Assembly (NCBI GenBank): GCA_963724295.1
Contig: CAVRUC010000002.1
Coordinates: 320,001 to 384,000, forward strand
Direction of reading: 5' to 3'
DNA length: 64,000 nucleotides
From: an uncultured Chloroflexia bacterium
Lineage (GTDB): Bacteria; Chloroflexota; Chloroflexia; Thermomicrobiales; UBA6265
The position numbers and the translations under genes are program-made. Shown here in pieces: positions 30,363-43,022 of this stretch; the first letter of the stretch is position 1; each line of letters begins with the position of its first letter. Under the pieces are notes generated by a model. It was not told where the DNA came from and made no database searches. It saw only the letters and a program-made list of their open reading frames with translations.

Positions 30363-31437
30363 CTAGGTGACGACGATGACCCCGGTCATCCCGGGATGCG
30401 GCCCGCATTTGTAACGGTAGGTTCCCGGCTCGTCAAAGGTCAGGCGAAACGAGTCTCCCGGCTCGATCAACCCGGAGTCATCGAAGGCGAGGTCGCCGCC
30501 GGTCACTGTGTGGGCCGCGTCCGAGTTGTTTACCCAGGTCACGGTATCGCCGGGAGCGACCTCGAGCGAGTACGGCTCAAACGTCCAGGTGTCAACGATC
30601 TCGACGGTCAGTGTCTCCTCGGGAGCCGCCAGCGCGGCTTCCCTCATCTCGCCGACCCGATCCGGGTTGAGGAGATAGAGGGCCACGGTGGTGCGTTCGC
30701 CCTCTCTGCGCAGGACCGCCACGCCGATGTTTTCGGCGTTTTGTGCTTGCAGACCCAGCACAACGTCGCCGGCTTCGCTGGCGGCGCCAGAGATGTCGCC
30801 GCAGGCAACCAGATTGGCATCGGGCTGATCCGTGCCGATGCCGATCGCGTGCCCAGTTGCGAGTAGCTTCGGCAACGGGGCTACCGATGGTCGAGACGCC
30901 GATCGCGACGGGAAGTGCCGTCGATTTCTCGGCGATCACTTGCGGTGCGACGTCGCCCAGCGAGAACACGATGTCCCCCGGCGCGGCACAGGAACCGGTA
31001 ATGATCTGGGCCGGATAGCTCAGTGCTCCTGGGCGCTCGAGCACGGTGAGTGTCTCGAATGACGTCTCGGCGTACGGCAGCGGCTCGATCGACCACTTCC
31101 ACTCGCCGGCGCGCGGGAAGGTCACCTCGGCCACGAAGTGCCCGACCGCTCCCTCTTGCCGGGCGGTGGCTGTGAACTCCTCAGCGGTCTCTTTGTGGAG
31201 GGCGCGGACGACGGGCGTGACGTCGCTGTTGGGGGTCACGTCATGCTGCAAGACCATGAAGCCGAACCGCCATGGGGTGGCGACCAGCACCTCACCGGGC
31301 GGCTCGTCGAGCCGCACGACGGCGTAGCCGCCGGCGAGCGCAGGCGCCGAGAGCGCGACCAGCGCCGCTGTCAGCACAAACCCGACTGTCGCCCGCCGCA
31401 GGTGCGCGCGTACGAGGGGGAGAAGACGCGAGGACAT
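30363..31437 (-). CDS. Secreted protein with C-terminal cupredoxin domain; frameshift near 30880
   Basis: Signal peptide in ORF 30592-31551; HTVT...CGPHPGM type-1 copper ligands in ORF 30363-30875. Confidence 0.8.
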
Positions 31438-31547
31438 TGGTGAACCTCCTGTTTGGCCGGTGATCGAGGATTCGGGATCGTGCCGCCGCCGCGACCCAGT
31501 TCCTCCTCTCCATACCGCCACGAAGCGCGATCGGTTCCCGCGGCCAT

Positions 31548-32520
31548 TCATTCCTGAGCGGGTACGGATTCCGCGATCGCCAGCGCCTCCTCCCGGGGAA
31601 GCGCTGACTCGAGGCGCAGCGTCACTCCGTCCAGTTCCCAGATCAAGACGTTGCCGGCCAGGCGGTATCGCTCCTGGCGGCAGTCGTCGCCGTCGTAGCA
31701 GACGATGAAGAACGCGTGCGGCGCGCCGCTGATCCAGAACCCCTGCTGCCCGCCGACGGTCACCGCCTCCAGATGGGTCTCTTGGGCGCCGTCGTTCAGC
31801 AAACCCTTCTCGATCATGTCCCGATCTGCTTCTCCCCGGAACTGGGTGAGAAGCGCGCCAACGCCGATTTCGTCGCTTGCCGGCAACCCTGGTCCGGCGG
31901 GGTAGACGAACGAGATCATCGGGCCCTGGTCCTCGTCCAGGAAATAGATCTCTTGCGGCCCGTCAAAGCCAGCAGCGGCTGGGACGCGAACCGGGAAGTC
32001 CACGGCCTCCTGGGCTTCGTCGAGGCTGACTGGGCGGCCAAGCAGCAGAGGCGCGCCGACCCGGGACGGCTCCGGCGTCGGAGCGTCGTCGACCCACCGA
32101 ATCTGCACGCCTTGCAGACCGAGGCGGTCGGCAATCGCGTTCCGCGCCTCCGGGAAGAGCACGAGTCCGCCGGCGATGGCGATCAGGAGGAGTGCCGCGA
32201 CGAGCCAGGCAGCCCTCACCCCAACCCCTCTCCCTGTGCGCAGGGCGAGGGGCGCTCCCGTCCGGGTCGTGCTCCCTTCTCCCCGCGCCGAGGGGCGGAG
32301 AAGGGGTGGCGGGGATGAGGGGGTCTTCGGTGAAGGGCTGGGGACGAGGGGAACTCGGGAGCGGGGGTGGGGAGTCCTACTTTACCACTTCGCTCTCGAG
32401 TCGCCGACGCACCTGGGTAGCCAGGTCGGGTGTGGTTGGGTAAAGCCGCGGTCCCAGGTCGATCAGCCGCTGCTCGAGCTCGGCATCGGAGAGGCCGGCC
32501 AGGGGAAGGCGATTAGCCAC
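31548..32520 (-). CDS. Membrane-anchored protein coupled to the ECF sigma (putative anti-sigma); frameshift near 32380 and internal repeat insertion
   Basis: GTG 32520 overlaps the sigma stop (ELEQRLIDLG..YPTTPDLATQVRRRL); the other frame is open from about 32381 to 31548 through a TM helix. Confidence 0.65.
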
Positions 32521-33103
32521 GAGATCCCCCTTCTCCCGCTGGCCCATCGGTTGCGAGCTGTTGTCGCAGGCGGCTGAGGGCCCGCGACAGCCGTGATTTC
32601 ACCGTACCGCGGGCACAACCGAGGAGATCGGCCATCTCCGCTTCCGATAGATCGAGAAAGTAGCGGTAGGCTATTACCCGTTGATCGTCGTCACGCAACG
32701 AATTGACCGCTCCCAGCAGCTCTCGTCGCTGTTCCGTGACGAGAGCCACCGCCTCGGGCGACTGGGCCGAGTCGTCCGAGGGATGGGTGGCCGCCGCCTG
32801 CAACGTCAGGGTGGGGCGCCGCGCGGTGGTGGCGCGGCGGGTGCGTGCCGCATTGGCGACGATCGTCAAGAGCCAGGGCCGCATCGGAGCGCCACTGCGA
32901 AATCGGTCAAGCGCGTGGTAGGCGCGGACGAACCCCTCCTGGACCGCGTCCTCCGCTTCTTCAGCCGACCCCAGAATGGTGTAGGCAAGGCGGAAGGCAA
33001 CGTCCTGGTAGCGGCGCACGAGCTCCTCATAGGCACGGAGATCTCCGCGCCGGGCGCGTTCGACTAACCCCGATTCCGTTTCGTCCAGTGGACGGCCCTC
33101 CAC
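32513..33103 (-). CDS. ECF RNA polymerase sigma-70 factor
   Basis: AEDAVQE, RPWLLTIVAN and GTVKSRLSRA motifs. Confidence 0.93.
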   Translation of the reverse strand: MEGRPLDETESGLVERARRGDLRAYEELVRRYQDVAFRLAYTILGSAEEAEDAVQEGFVRAYHALDRFRSGAPMRPWLLTIVANAARTRRATTARRPTLTLQAAATHPSDDSAQSPEAVALVTEQRRELLGAVNSLRDDDQRVIAYRYFLDLSEAEMADLLGCARGTVKSRLSRALSRLRQQLATDGPAGEGGSRG

Positions 33104-33293
33104 CGGCCTGATCTCGATCCTGTCTCTTGTACTTCATGGGGCGTCGATTGGTTCCCGATGGAGTCGGAGGTCGGAAGTCGGAAGTCGGGAGTGGTTGTCG
33201 GGGTGATTACTCGCTACGCTCGTGGTGGCAGGGTGGCAGGGTGGCGGGGTCTCGTTCTCCCTGTCACCCTGACACCCTGAGACCCCGTCACCC

Positions 33294-36200
33294 TCAGGTG
33301 AGGAGGGGTAGCCGCAGGGTGAAGGCGGTGCCCTCGCCTTCCACGCTTTGCACGCTGATCGCGCCGCCATGTTGCGCGACGATCTGTTTGGCCCCGGTCA
33401 ACCCGATCCCGGATCCGGCAATGTGCCGTTGCACGTTGCCGCCACGGCGGAAGCGGTCGAAGACATAGGGGAGATCGGAGGCGGGAATGCCTAGACCGCG
33501 ATCCTCGATCGTCACGACTCCCCAACTCCCATCTTCGTCTTCTTCGCGATGCGCGTGAACGATGACGTCTCCCCCCGCCGGACTGTATTTGATGGCGTTG
33601 TCGAGCATGTTGCGGACGACGCGCTCGATGCGCGACCGGTCCGCGAGTGCGACGAGGGAGAAGGTTGCGGATTCGACGCGCACGAGATGGGACGGGCTGA
33701 CTCGCTGGGCCTCGGTCGCGCACGCGCGCACGATCGCGACGATGTCGATGGGCTGTTGCCTGAGCTCGAGAGGCTGCCCAGCCCCCAACCGGGCAGTGTC
33801 CATGAGATCGTCGATCAGACCCGCCGCCCGTAGCGCGGAGGATGCGATCGTGGCCAGTCTCGATTCAGTGTCCTCGCGGTCGACGTCACCATCGCGCCGC
33901 AGCCGACGTTGCAGCAATTGCGTCTGACCGAGGACCGCGGTGAGCGGATTCCGCAGGTCGTGAGCGGTTGCGTCGATGAAGGCCCGCCATTCCTCTTCGC
34001 CGCGCTTTTGCTCGGTGAGATCGAGGATGAAGCAGATCGAAAGCGGCGGATCCCGCTGCAGCGCGGCGGCGCCGAACAGGACTGGGATGCGGGTGCCATC
34101 GCGACGGATGTACTCCTTTTCGAACGGCGAACAGACGCCCCGTTCGGCGAGCTCGGCGGTCGCGCGGGCGTCCAGCTCGGCAAACTCGGGCGGCGTCATG
34201 TCGCGCCAGCTTAGCCGGCCGCCGTCCAACTCCTCTCGCGTATACCCCACCATGTCCAGGAAGTGATCATTGGCTTCCACGATTCGGTGGTCGTCCGTGA
34301 CAGTGACGCCGACGACGCCAGCATCGAGCAGTCGCCGCACTTTCGCTTCGGCGGCCCGCGCTTCGGTGTAGAGACGCGCGTTGTCGACGGCGAGGGCAAC
34401 ACGCTGTGCCAGCAGCCGGGCGAAGGCGAGGTTCTCGGGAGAAAATCGTCTGCCCGACGCACCGGTCATACAGAAGGTCAGAGCGCCAAGGGTCCGGTCA
34501 CGGGCACGCAGCGGGATGGTCATCTGGGAGCGGAAGTTCCGTCCGCGCATGAACTCCAGATGCTCAGGTGAGAAGGCGATGCGCTTCAACCAGGAGCCTG
34601 TCACATTGGGGACGAACTGTGGCTCCCCCGTCTCGAGCGTGCGCGAGATAGGGTGCTCGGGATGGACGCGCATCGGCAGGTACTGAGCGAGACGCTCGTC
34701 GAAAATTCGTTGCTCATCCGGGTCGATATGGACCCATGCCACGCGCCGAATCTGCCCGTCTGCCTGGATCAGGTCCGCGAAGCAATAGTCGGCGAGCTCG
34801 GGCACAATGAGGCGCGTCACACGACGCAGGGTCTCCTCGGGATCGAGTGAGCTTGCCAGCGTCTGGCCGAGCTCGGCCAGGAAGCGCTGATTCGCCTCGA
34901 CCCGCTTCGCGTCGTCGATGTCGGTCGAGGTGCCGAACCATTTGACGATCTTCCCCGCGCCGTCGCGCACCGGCGCCGAGCGACTGAGGAACCAGCGATA
35001 CGTTCCATCGGCGGCGCGCAGCCGCAACTCGCTTTGAAACGGCTCACCGGCGCGGAACGCGTCCGCCCAGCGCGCGGTGACGACTAGCGAGTCGTCGGGA
35101 TGGATCGGCGCGCTGGCCAGCGGGGCGGGGCCAGGGGCCATGTCAAGGCCGAGACCTGTGTAATCGGACCAGCGTTTGTTCAAGTACTCCACGGTCGTTC
35201 CATCGCCACTGGTCACCCAGGCGATCTGCGGAATGGCGTCGGCGAGCTGGCGGAAGCGCGCCTCGCTCAGCCGCACCGCCTCGTAGAGTCGCGCTCGTTC
35301 CAGCGCCTGGCTGCAGAGATCCGTGATCGTGGCCACGAAGCGGCGGTCGTCATCATCGAAGGTGCGGTCGCTGGGAAAGGCCAGGTAGACCACCCCGATC
35401 GATTCCTCACCGGCGCGCAAAGGGAGTCCCATCGCCGCGCCGTGCTGGTTCGCTTTCAGTTCGTTATGGTGCGGGTAGCGCGCCAGCCGCTCGCTCCAGG
35501 TTTCGATGATGATCGGCACGCCGTGGCAAGCGACCTCGCCGACCATCGTTCGATCGTCCACCGGCACCCGCTGCCAGCGTTCCCGCTGCTCTGGCGCGTG
35601 CCCCGTTGCCGCCAGGCTGACGAGCTCGCGGCCGTCATCACCGCGGAGGTAGACATTGCCGATGTTGGCGCCGAGCGCGGGTACGACATGCTCGATAACG
35701 GCGCCCCCAATTGTCTCTGGATCGAGCGCGCCAGCTAGCGCTGCCGCCAGCTCCTGGAGCCGCTCCGCTCGCTCCTCGCGGCGGCGTCGCTCGGTGACGT
35801 CGCGATTCGCCTCCATCACGTAGCGTCGACCCGCGTCGACGACGACCTGATGCCGCGACTCGACAACCAGCCGCCGCCCGTCCTTGCTGGTGTGCTCCGC
35901 TTCGATCTCGGCGACACCGTGCTGCTCGAGCCGTTGCATCAAGCGCGACAGACTTTCGCCATGCGCGGTGAAGAGCAGTTCGTTGCTGACGCGGCCAACG
36001 GCCTCTTCGGCTGTGTAGCCGTACATTCGCTCGGCGCCTTTGTTCCAGTAGGTAATTGGCCCGTCCCACTCCCAGGCGAATATGGCGTCGTATGCCTGGT
36101 CCAGGAGCGCCGCCTGGCGCCGTAGCTCCTCTTCCGCGAGCTGGTAGGTCGTGACGTCGACGGTCACGCCGATCATGGAGAGAGGGCGTGCCTTCCGCGG

Positions 36201-37374
36201 TGCGCAGGACGCGGCCACGCGCCATGATCCAGTGGACGCCGCCATCGGGCCACCGGATGCGGTACCGGGTGTCATAGTCGCCGCCGTTGGCGATTGCCTG
36301 CTCGATGGTCTTGCGCGCCTGTTCGCGATCCTGGGGGACAACCGCCGCGATCAGATCGCGGTAGGAAAGGTTGGCTTCGGGCGGCAGCCCAAAATTGGCC
36401 TTGCACCGCGCCGAGCAGGACAGGTCCATCTCCGGCAGGGTGAGGAGCCAGGACCCCATGCGGCCGGCCTCCTGCGCCAGCTCGAGCCGCTCCTCACTCC
36501 GGCGTAGCGCCTCGTAGAGCTCGGCCCGCTGCAGGGCCTGGGCGCAGAGATCGGCAACCGTCGCCATGAAGCGACGGTCGTCCTCGTGGAAGGGGTGGTC
36601 GCTGGGAAAGGCCAGCGACAGGGCGCCGATCGTGCGCCCTTCGACCTGCAAGGGCAGACCAGCCACGGCCCGGTCACCGCCCCTGGCGTGGACGCGGCGA
36701 TGGTGCGGGTACCGCGCGATCCGCTCCTCCCAGGTGGACAACAAGATTGGCTCGCCGGTGCGGACCACCTCGGCCACCAGCGTCGGACCGTCCAACGGCA
36801 GTCGCTGTGCCCACTGCGCGATCTCGGGTGCATACCCCAGCACGGCGACGTTGCGCAGCTCGCGCGTGCTGTTGTCGACCAGGAAGACATTGCCGGCGTT
36901 GGCGCCGAGCGCGGGCATCGCGCGCTCGATGATCGCCGCGCCGACGCTCTCCGAATCGAGCGCGGCCGAGAGGGCGGCGGTCAGCTCCTGCAATTGTCTG
37001 GCGCGCTCTTCATGGTGCGATCGGTCGGGTCGCTCTTGCGCGGTGATGTCCCGCGCAATGACGGTCAGCCCCGGCTCGGTGGGGAGGATGTGGACCTGCA
37101 GCCGGACAGCGTCGCCGGCCGCGTCGAGGACGTGGTGCTCGACGTGGAGGGGGATCCGTTCGGCCATCGCGCGGCGGAGATCCTCTGAGAGGGTCTTCCC
37201 GGTGGTCGATATCCAGGCGTCCCAGAGGGGCGCGGCGGCAATGTCCGCGGCTGGTCGCCAGCCGAGGCGATCGGCGGCGGCGTTGTGCGCGACGATCCGA
37301 AGCTCGCGGTCGAGTGTGACGACGGCGTCGCCCAGCTGATCCAGCACGTCGAACAGGTCTGGGATCACCAGCAT
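33294..37374 (-). CDS. Multi-PAS/GAF sensor histidine kinase; frameshift near 36180
   Basis: HDLRNPL H-box; NAIKYS and GSGIGL boxes; PAS/GAF repeats spread over two ORFs. Confidence 0.88.
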
Positions 37375-37631
37375 CGCCACATCCTCACCTGAAGCCTGCC
37401 TCGGGCCAGCATCAGTCGTGCCAGCCTCCGCCGACGGGTGCTGACGCCGATCCGGGACCAGCCGCTGCGGCGTGCCGGCCATGGCGGGTCGGGATGTATA
37501 CCTGAATTGTAGTTGCGGCCGGTCGTGTTGCGAGGTTCAGGTTAACGCAGTCGTGAGCTCGGCGAGTGGGTTCCCCCTCTCCCGGTCGAACCGGGAGAGG
37601 GGGATGTATAGCTCGATGTGAGCCGGCTAGG

Positions 37632-38655
37632 CTACGCCGCTGGAGTGCCCTCTGCTGCCTCGGGGGTGGCGCCAGCCCCGGCGGCAGTGATGCCGGCCTC
37701 CTCGAGGCGCTCGGCCTCGCCGAGATTGTCGGCGGTGATCAGTGCCGGCTCGATCAACGTGATGGTCTCAGCCGGTTCCGTCCCGTCCCGCAGGTAGTTG
37801 ACGATGATCTCCATGGCGCCGCTGGTTTGACCACCGGGAAACTGCTCGACGGTCGCGGCCAGGGTGCCGTTCTCGATGGCTTGCAGCGCCTCAGGAAGGG
37901 CGTCGAAACCGATGATCGGGACTTCAAGACCGGCGCCAGCCACGGCCTCGGCAGCGCCGAACGCCATGTCGTCATTCGCGGCAACGATAGCGTCGATGTC
38001 GGGGTTGGCCTGGAGCGCCTGCTCGGTGACCGTTAGCCCCAGGTCGCGCTTGAATTCCGCGGTCTGTTGAAAGACGATCTCGTATTCGGGATGGTCAGCA
38101 ATCACAGAGTTGAACCCGGCGGAGCGATCGATCGCGGGGGAGGCGCCGACAGTGCCTTGCAGCTCGATAATCTTGCCACCTTCGGGGAGGATCTCCATGA
38201 GATACTCGCCCTGCTTCTCGCCGCCGCGAACATTGTCGGCGCCGACGTGGCCTAGAATCTCGACGCCCTCGACTGCGCGATCGATTGTCACGACCGGGAT
38301 GCCGGCATCAATGACCGCCTGCACCGCTGGGGCGAGCGCCTGGGCATCTCTGGGCGATATGACGACGCCGTCGACTCCCTGGGCGATCGCCGACTCGAGG
38401 TTGGCCGACTGCGTCGCCGAATTGTCCTGGCCATCCTGCACGATCAGCTCGACATCGAGCTCGGTGGCCTTCTCTTCGGCAATGTTCACCATATGCACGA
38501 AGAAGGGGAAGTTGAGACCAGGTACCGAGAAGACGATCTGGAGCTGTTCGTCCTGCCGGGCCGCAGCCGGGGCGCCGAGCTAGGGGTAGGCTGACTAACA
38601 GACCAAACAGCAGGGTCACCACAAGCAGGCGTGTGGACATCCGTTGTTCACGCAT
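37632..38655 (-). CDS. RbsB-like sugar-binding protein; frameshift near 38580
   Basis: IPVVTIDR, GADN, NDDMAFGA and IGFDA motifs; signal peptide in another frame. Confidence 0.85.
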
Positions 38656-38981
38656 CGTTGTCTCCTTTGCAAGAGCACGTGCAAGTGCAGGAATCACGCG
38701 CTGCGCACGTAGCAGGCCGCGTGTCACGGGTTCGGCGGGCTATCGGCGTCTGACGCGACTTGCGTCAGTACCACTCCCCGTAGGGCAACGCTGCCCCGGG
38801 CACGACTTGCTCCAACTGCAACAGTCGGGCGACATCCCTGCGCGCCTTCGCCTCCTTTCTCCTTCGCATGAGTCGCTCTTCACCGTGCGTCCACAGGGGA
38901 CGATTGGCTGCAGTCGATGGGGCGACTCGTCGGCCGCCGAGTTACTGGCCATAGCCGCCGCACAGCGGGCCGGCTTGACGC

Positions 38982-40016
<1,035 letters not shown>

Positions 40017-40025
40017 GCTCTCTCC

Positions 40026-41621
40026 TCAGGCCGCCGTTTCAGCCGACGCCGAAACACCTGTCGCCAGGGCCATGACCGCCTCCTGCGTTGCCTCAGATCG
40101 CGCCAATTCGCCGGCGATCCGGCCCTGTCGCATGACGACGATGCGGTCGCTCATATGGATGATCTCCGGCAGCTCCGAGGAAATCATCAGGATCGCCACG
40201 CCGTCGGCGGCAAGCTGGTGCATCAGCCCATGGACCTCGGCTTTGGCCCCGATGTCGATGCCCCGCGTCGGCTCGTCCATGATCAGGATCTTCGGATGGA
40301 GGGCCAGCCACTTGGCGATGACGACCTTCTGCTGGTTGCCACCGGAGAGGTTGAGCACCTTCTGCTCGATCGACGGCGTCCGCACCTGAAGAGCCTCCAC
40401 CATCCGCCGCGCCAGCGCCCGCTCCGCGGCGAGCCGCACGATGCCGAAGCGGCTTAGCCGGTCCAGGAGCGACAGTGACAGGTTCTCGCGGATGGCCAGG
40501 CTGAGCACCAATGCCTGGAGTTTACGATCTTCCGGTACCAGACCGATACCCATGCGGATGGCCTCGCGGGGTGAGCGGATCCGGATCGGCTGACCGTCGA
40601 CGATGATCTCGCCATGGTCGTACTCGTCGGCGCCGAAGATGGCGCGCGCGATCTCGGTGCGGCCCGAACCGACCAACCCGGCAAGTCCCACGATCTCGCC
40701 GGGGCGGACAGTGAACGAGACATCCTCGAGCACGATCGCCGAAGGATCCTGACCCGTGCCGGTGCGGCCGAGACCGCGCACCTCCAGAACCGGCGCCGGC
40801 GAGCGCTCGGCGAGAATTTCCAGACGGCGCTCGGCCTCCTCCGGCCGGAACAGATCCATCAGCGGACGGCCGACCATCAGCCGCACGATGCGGTCGGGCG
40901 TGGCCTCCGCAATTGGCAGATCACCGGCGAGTTGACCGTCGCGCAGGATCGTGACCCGGTCGCAAATGGTGAAGATCTCCTCCAGACGGTGCGAAATGTA
41001 GATGACGGCCAGACCCCGTTTCTTCAGCCCCCGGATGATCTCGAACAGTGCCGTCACCTCGGTGTCTGTCAGGGCCGAGGTTGGCTCGTCCATGATGACC
41101 AGCCGGGCATTGAGCGAGAGGGCCTTGGCGATCTCGACCATCTGCTGTTCGGCGACCGAGAGAGAACGGACGATCGCACCTGGATTGAGGCGCACGCCCA
41201 GCTGGTCGAGCAGGTCCGTCGTCTGCTTGCGCAGCTGGCGCCAGCGGACGACCTTACCGGCGTTCGGCTCCCGGCCGACGAAGACGTTCTCCTCTACCGA
41301 AAGGTTCGGCATCAGATTGAACTCTTGATAGATGATGGAGATACCGAGATCCTGCGCTTGGCGGGGACTGTGGAGGACGACCGGCTTGCCGTCGAGGATG
41401 ATCTCGCCGCTGTCTGGCTGATAGACCCCGGAGAGGATTTTCATCAGCGTGCTCTTGCCGGCGCCATTCTCCCCCACGAGCCCGAGAACTTCGCCGGGAT
41501 GGACTTCGAGACTGACGTCTTGCAACGCCAGCACGCCGGGGAAGCTCTTCGTGACCCGCTCGACCCGGAGCAGGGCAGGCGGCGACGAATCGTCCGGTCG
41601 TGCCGGTTCGCTCTGGGCCAT
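40026..41621 (-). CDS. RbsA-like sugar ABC ATP-binding protein
   Basis: GENGAGKST, DEPT and LSGGNQQK motifs. Confidence 0.95.
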   Translation of the reverse strand: MAQSEPARPDDSSPPALLRVERVTKSFPGVLALQDVSLEVHPGEVLGLVGENGAGKSTLMKILSGVYQPDSGEIILDGKPVVLHSPRQAQDLGISIIYQEFNLMPNLSVEENVFVGREPNAGKVVRWRQLRKQTTDLLDQLGVRLNPGAIVRSLSVAEQQMVEIAKALSLNARLVIMDEPTSALTDTEVTALFEIIRGLKKRGLAVIYISHRLEEIFTICDRVTILRDGQLAGDLPIAEATPDRIVRLMVGRPLMDLFRPEEAERRLEILAERSPAPVLEVRGLGRTGTGQDPSAIVLEDVSFTVRPGEIVGLAGLVGSGRTEIARAIFGADEYDHGEIIVDGQPIRIRSPREAIRMGIGLVPEDRKLQALVLSLAIRENLSLSLLDRLSRFGIVRLAAERALARRMVEALQVRTPSIEQKVLNLSGGNQQKVVIAKWLALHPKILIMDEPTRGIDIGAKAEVHGLMHQLAADGVAILMISSELPEIIHMSDRIVVMRQGRIAGELARSEATQEAVMALATGVSASAETAA

Positions 41622-41742
41622 GCTCGGGCTCGTCCCCTTCGACACGCAATGCCGGCTGGCGTGCCAGCCGGCCACTTTTGCCCGTGGTTCAAGCGTAGGG
41701 TGCGTGAGGGTCCGGAATCTGTCAAGACCGCGCCAGAGGGCA

Positions 41743-41771
41743 TTGACGGGAGAGAACATATGTTCTATTCT
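41743..41771 (+). promoter_or_regulatory. Sigma70 promoter with a LexA (SOS) box in the spacer
   Basis: TTGACG 41743-41748, 17 bp, TATTCT 41766-41771; GAACATATGTTC 41754-41765. Confidence 0.85.
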
Positions 41772-41777
41772 CGGGCA

Positions 41778-42710
41778 ATGACACGAGCCGAGTACCGCGA
41801 GACGCCCTGTAAGTCCGCCCTGAATCGCGTGTCGGGGATGCCGTTTCGTTGGTCGCTCAATCCCTATCGCGGCTGCGTCCACGGCTGTCACTACTGCTAC
41901 GCTCGCGCCACCCATCCCTATCTCGGGCTCAACGCCGACGAGGACTTCGCGACCAGGATCGTCGTCAAGGCCAATATGCCAGAGGTGTTACGGCAGGAGT
42001 TGGGCCGGCGCTCGTGGACGCGGGAGCGAGTGGCCATCGGCACGGCGACCGATGCCTATCAGCCCTGCGAGGGACGTTACCAACTCACGCGTCGCTGCCT
42101 GGAAGCGCTGCGCGACCACGCCACCCCGGTCAGCATCGTCACCAAGTCGACGCTGATCCTGCGCGATCTCGACCTGCTCACCGAGCTGGCCCATGGTCCA
42201 GGTGCCACCGTCTTTTTCACGATCACGACGCTGGATCACCAGTTGTGGCGCTTGATCGAGCCGGGTACACCCCCTCCGCTCAAACGCCTCGAGGTCTTGC
42301 GGCAATTGAGTCAGGCTGGCATTCCGACCGGAGTCTTCCTGGCGCCGATTCTGCCCGGAATTACCGATGGAGTGGAATCGGTCGATGCGGTGGCCGCGGC
42401 CGCCAAAGCACATGGGGCGGCCTCATTCGGCTCGGCGGTGCTTCGTCTCGCTCCTCTCGTCAAGGAGCACTATCTGGCCTTCGTCAGCGAGACGTTCCCG
42501 GATCTGCTACCGCGTTACGAGCGGGCCTACATCGGGACGAACATCTCCGCCGACTACCAGGCGGCGATCGAGCGGCGCCTCGCCCGTGTCCGGGAGGGGT
42601 ACGGGTTTGCCGCGGATGCCATGCAAAGCCGGAAGATGGAAGTGGCCTCGTCGATGAGGACCGCCGCGCCTGAATCAGTCGCACCTGGGCAACTGGCCCT
42701 CCCGCTATAG
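41778..42710 (+). CDS. Radical SAM protein, spore-photoproduct-lyase-like / Rv2578c family
   Basis: LNPYRGCVHGCHYCYAR, GTATDAYQP and TKS motifs; C-terminal QLALPL. Confidence 0.9.
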   Translation: MTRAEYRETPCKSALNRVSGMPFRWSLNPYRGCVHGCHYCYARATHPYLGLNADEDFATRIVVKANMPEVLRQELGRRSWTRERVAIGTATDAYQPCEGRYQLTRRCLEALRDHATPVSIVTKSTLILRDLDLLTELAHGPGATVFFTITTLDHQLWRLIEPGTPPPLKRLEVLRQLSQAGIPTGVFLAPILPGITDGVESVDAVAAAAKAHGAASFGSAVLRLAPLVKEHYLAFVSETFPDLLPRYERAYIGTNISADYQAAIERRLARVREGYGFAADAMQSRKMEVASSMRTAAPESVAPGQLALPL

Positions 42711-42848
42711 GACCGGGGACCTCGGCATGAGGGACGTGGCAGCTCCGCGCCTGTCTCGAGGTCGGCTTGGCCGCAGCTTGTCCCTACGGGCTTGATGGCG
42801 AAGAAACGCGGTGGCTGTCGCACCGTCAACTTCCAGCGACGCCAGCGA

Positions 42849-42868
42849 ACTACGTGAAATCACGTAGT
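42849..42868. promoter_or_regulatory. Perfect palindrome ACTACGTGA-AA-TCACGTAGT, putative transcription-factor site
   Basis: 9-2-9 inverted repeat with an extra half-site TACGTGA at 42895-42901. Confidence 0.55.
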
Positions 42869-43022
42869 CGACTGATTGCACGCTCACCGCGGATTACGTG
42901 ATTCCCCCCTCGTGCCCGCTCTATCCAACCGGCATGCTCGACGTGTGCCCGACAGCTCTCGGGCCCATCACGACGAAACGCGGCGGATAGCTTCCCCGCG
43001 AGAGCGAGCCGGAGGATCAGGC

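Noticed and set aside
17286..33294. CRISPR array
   Set aside because: Repeats are dispersed hairpins or short tandem units with no repeat-spacer periodicity and no cas genes.
40614..41777. Long N-terminal extension of the radical SAM ORF (698 aa) and other long antisense ORFs
   Set aside because: Shadow frames of real opposite-strand genes in high-GC DNA; the promoter and LexA box place the start at 41778.
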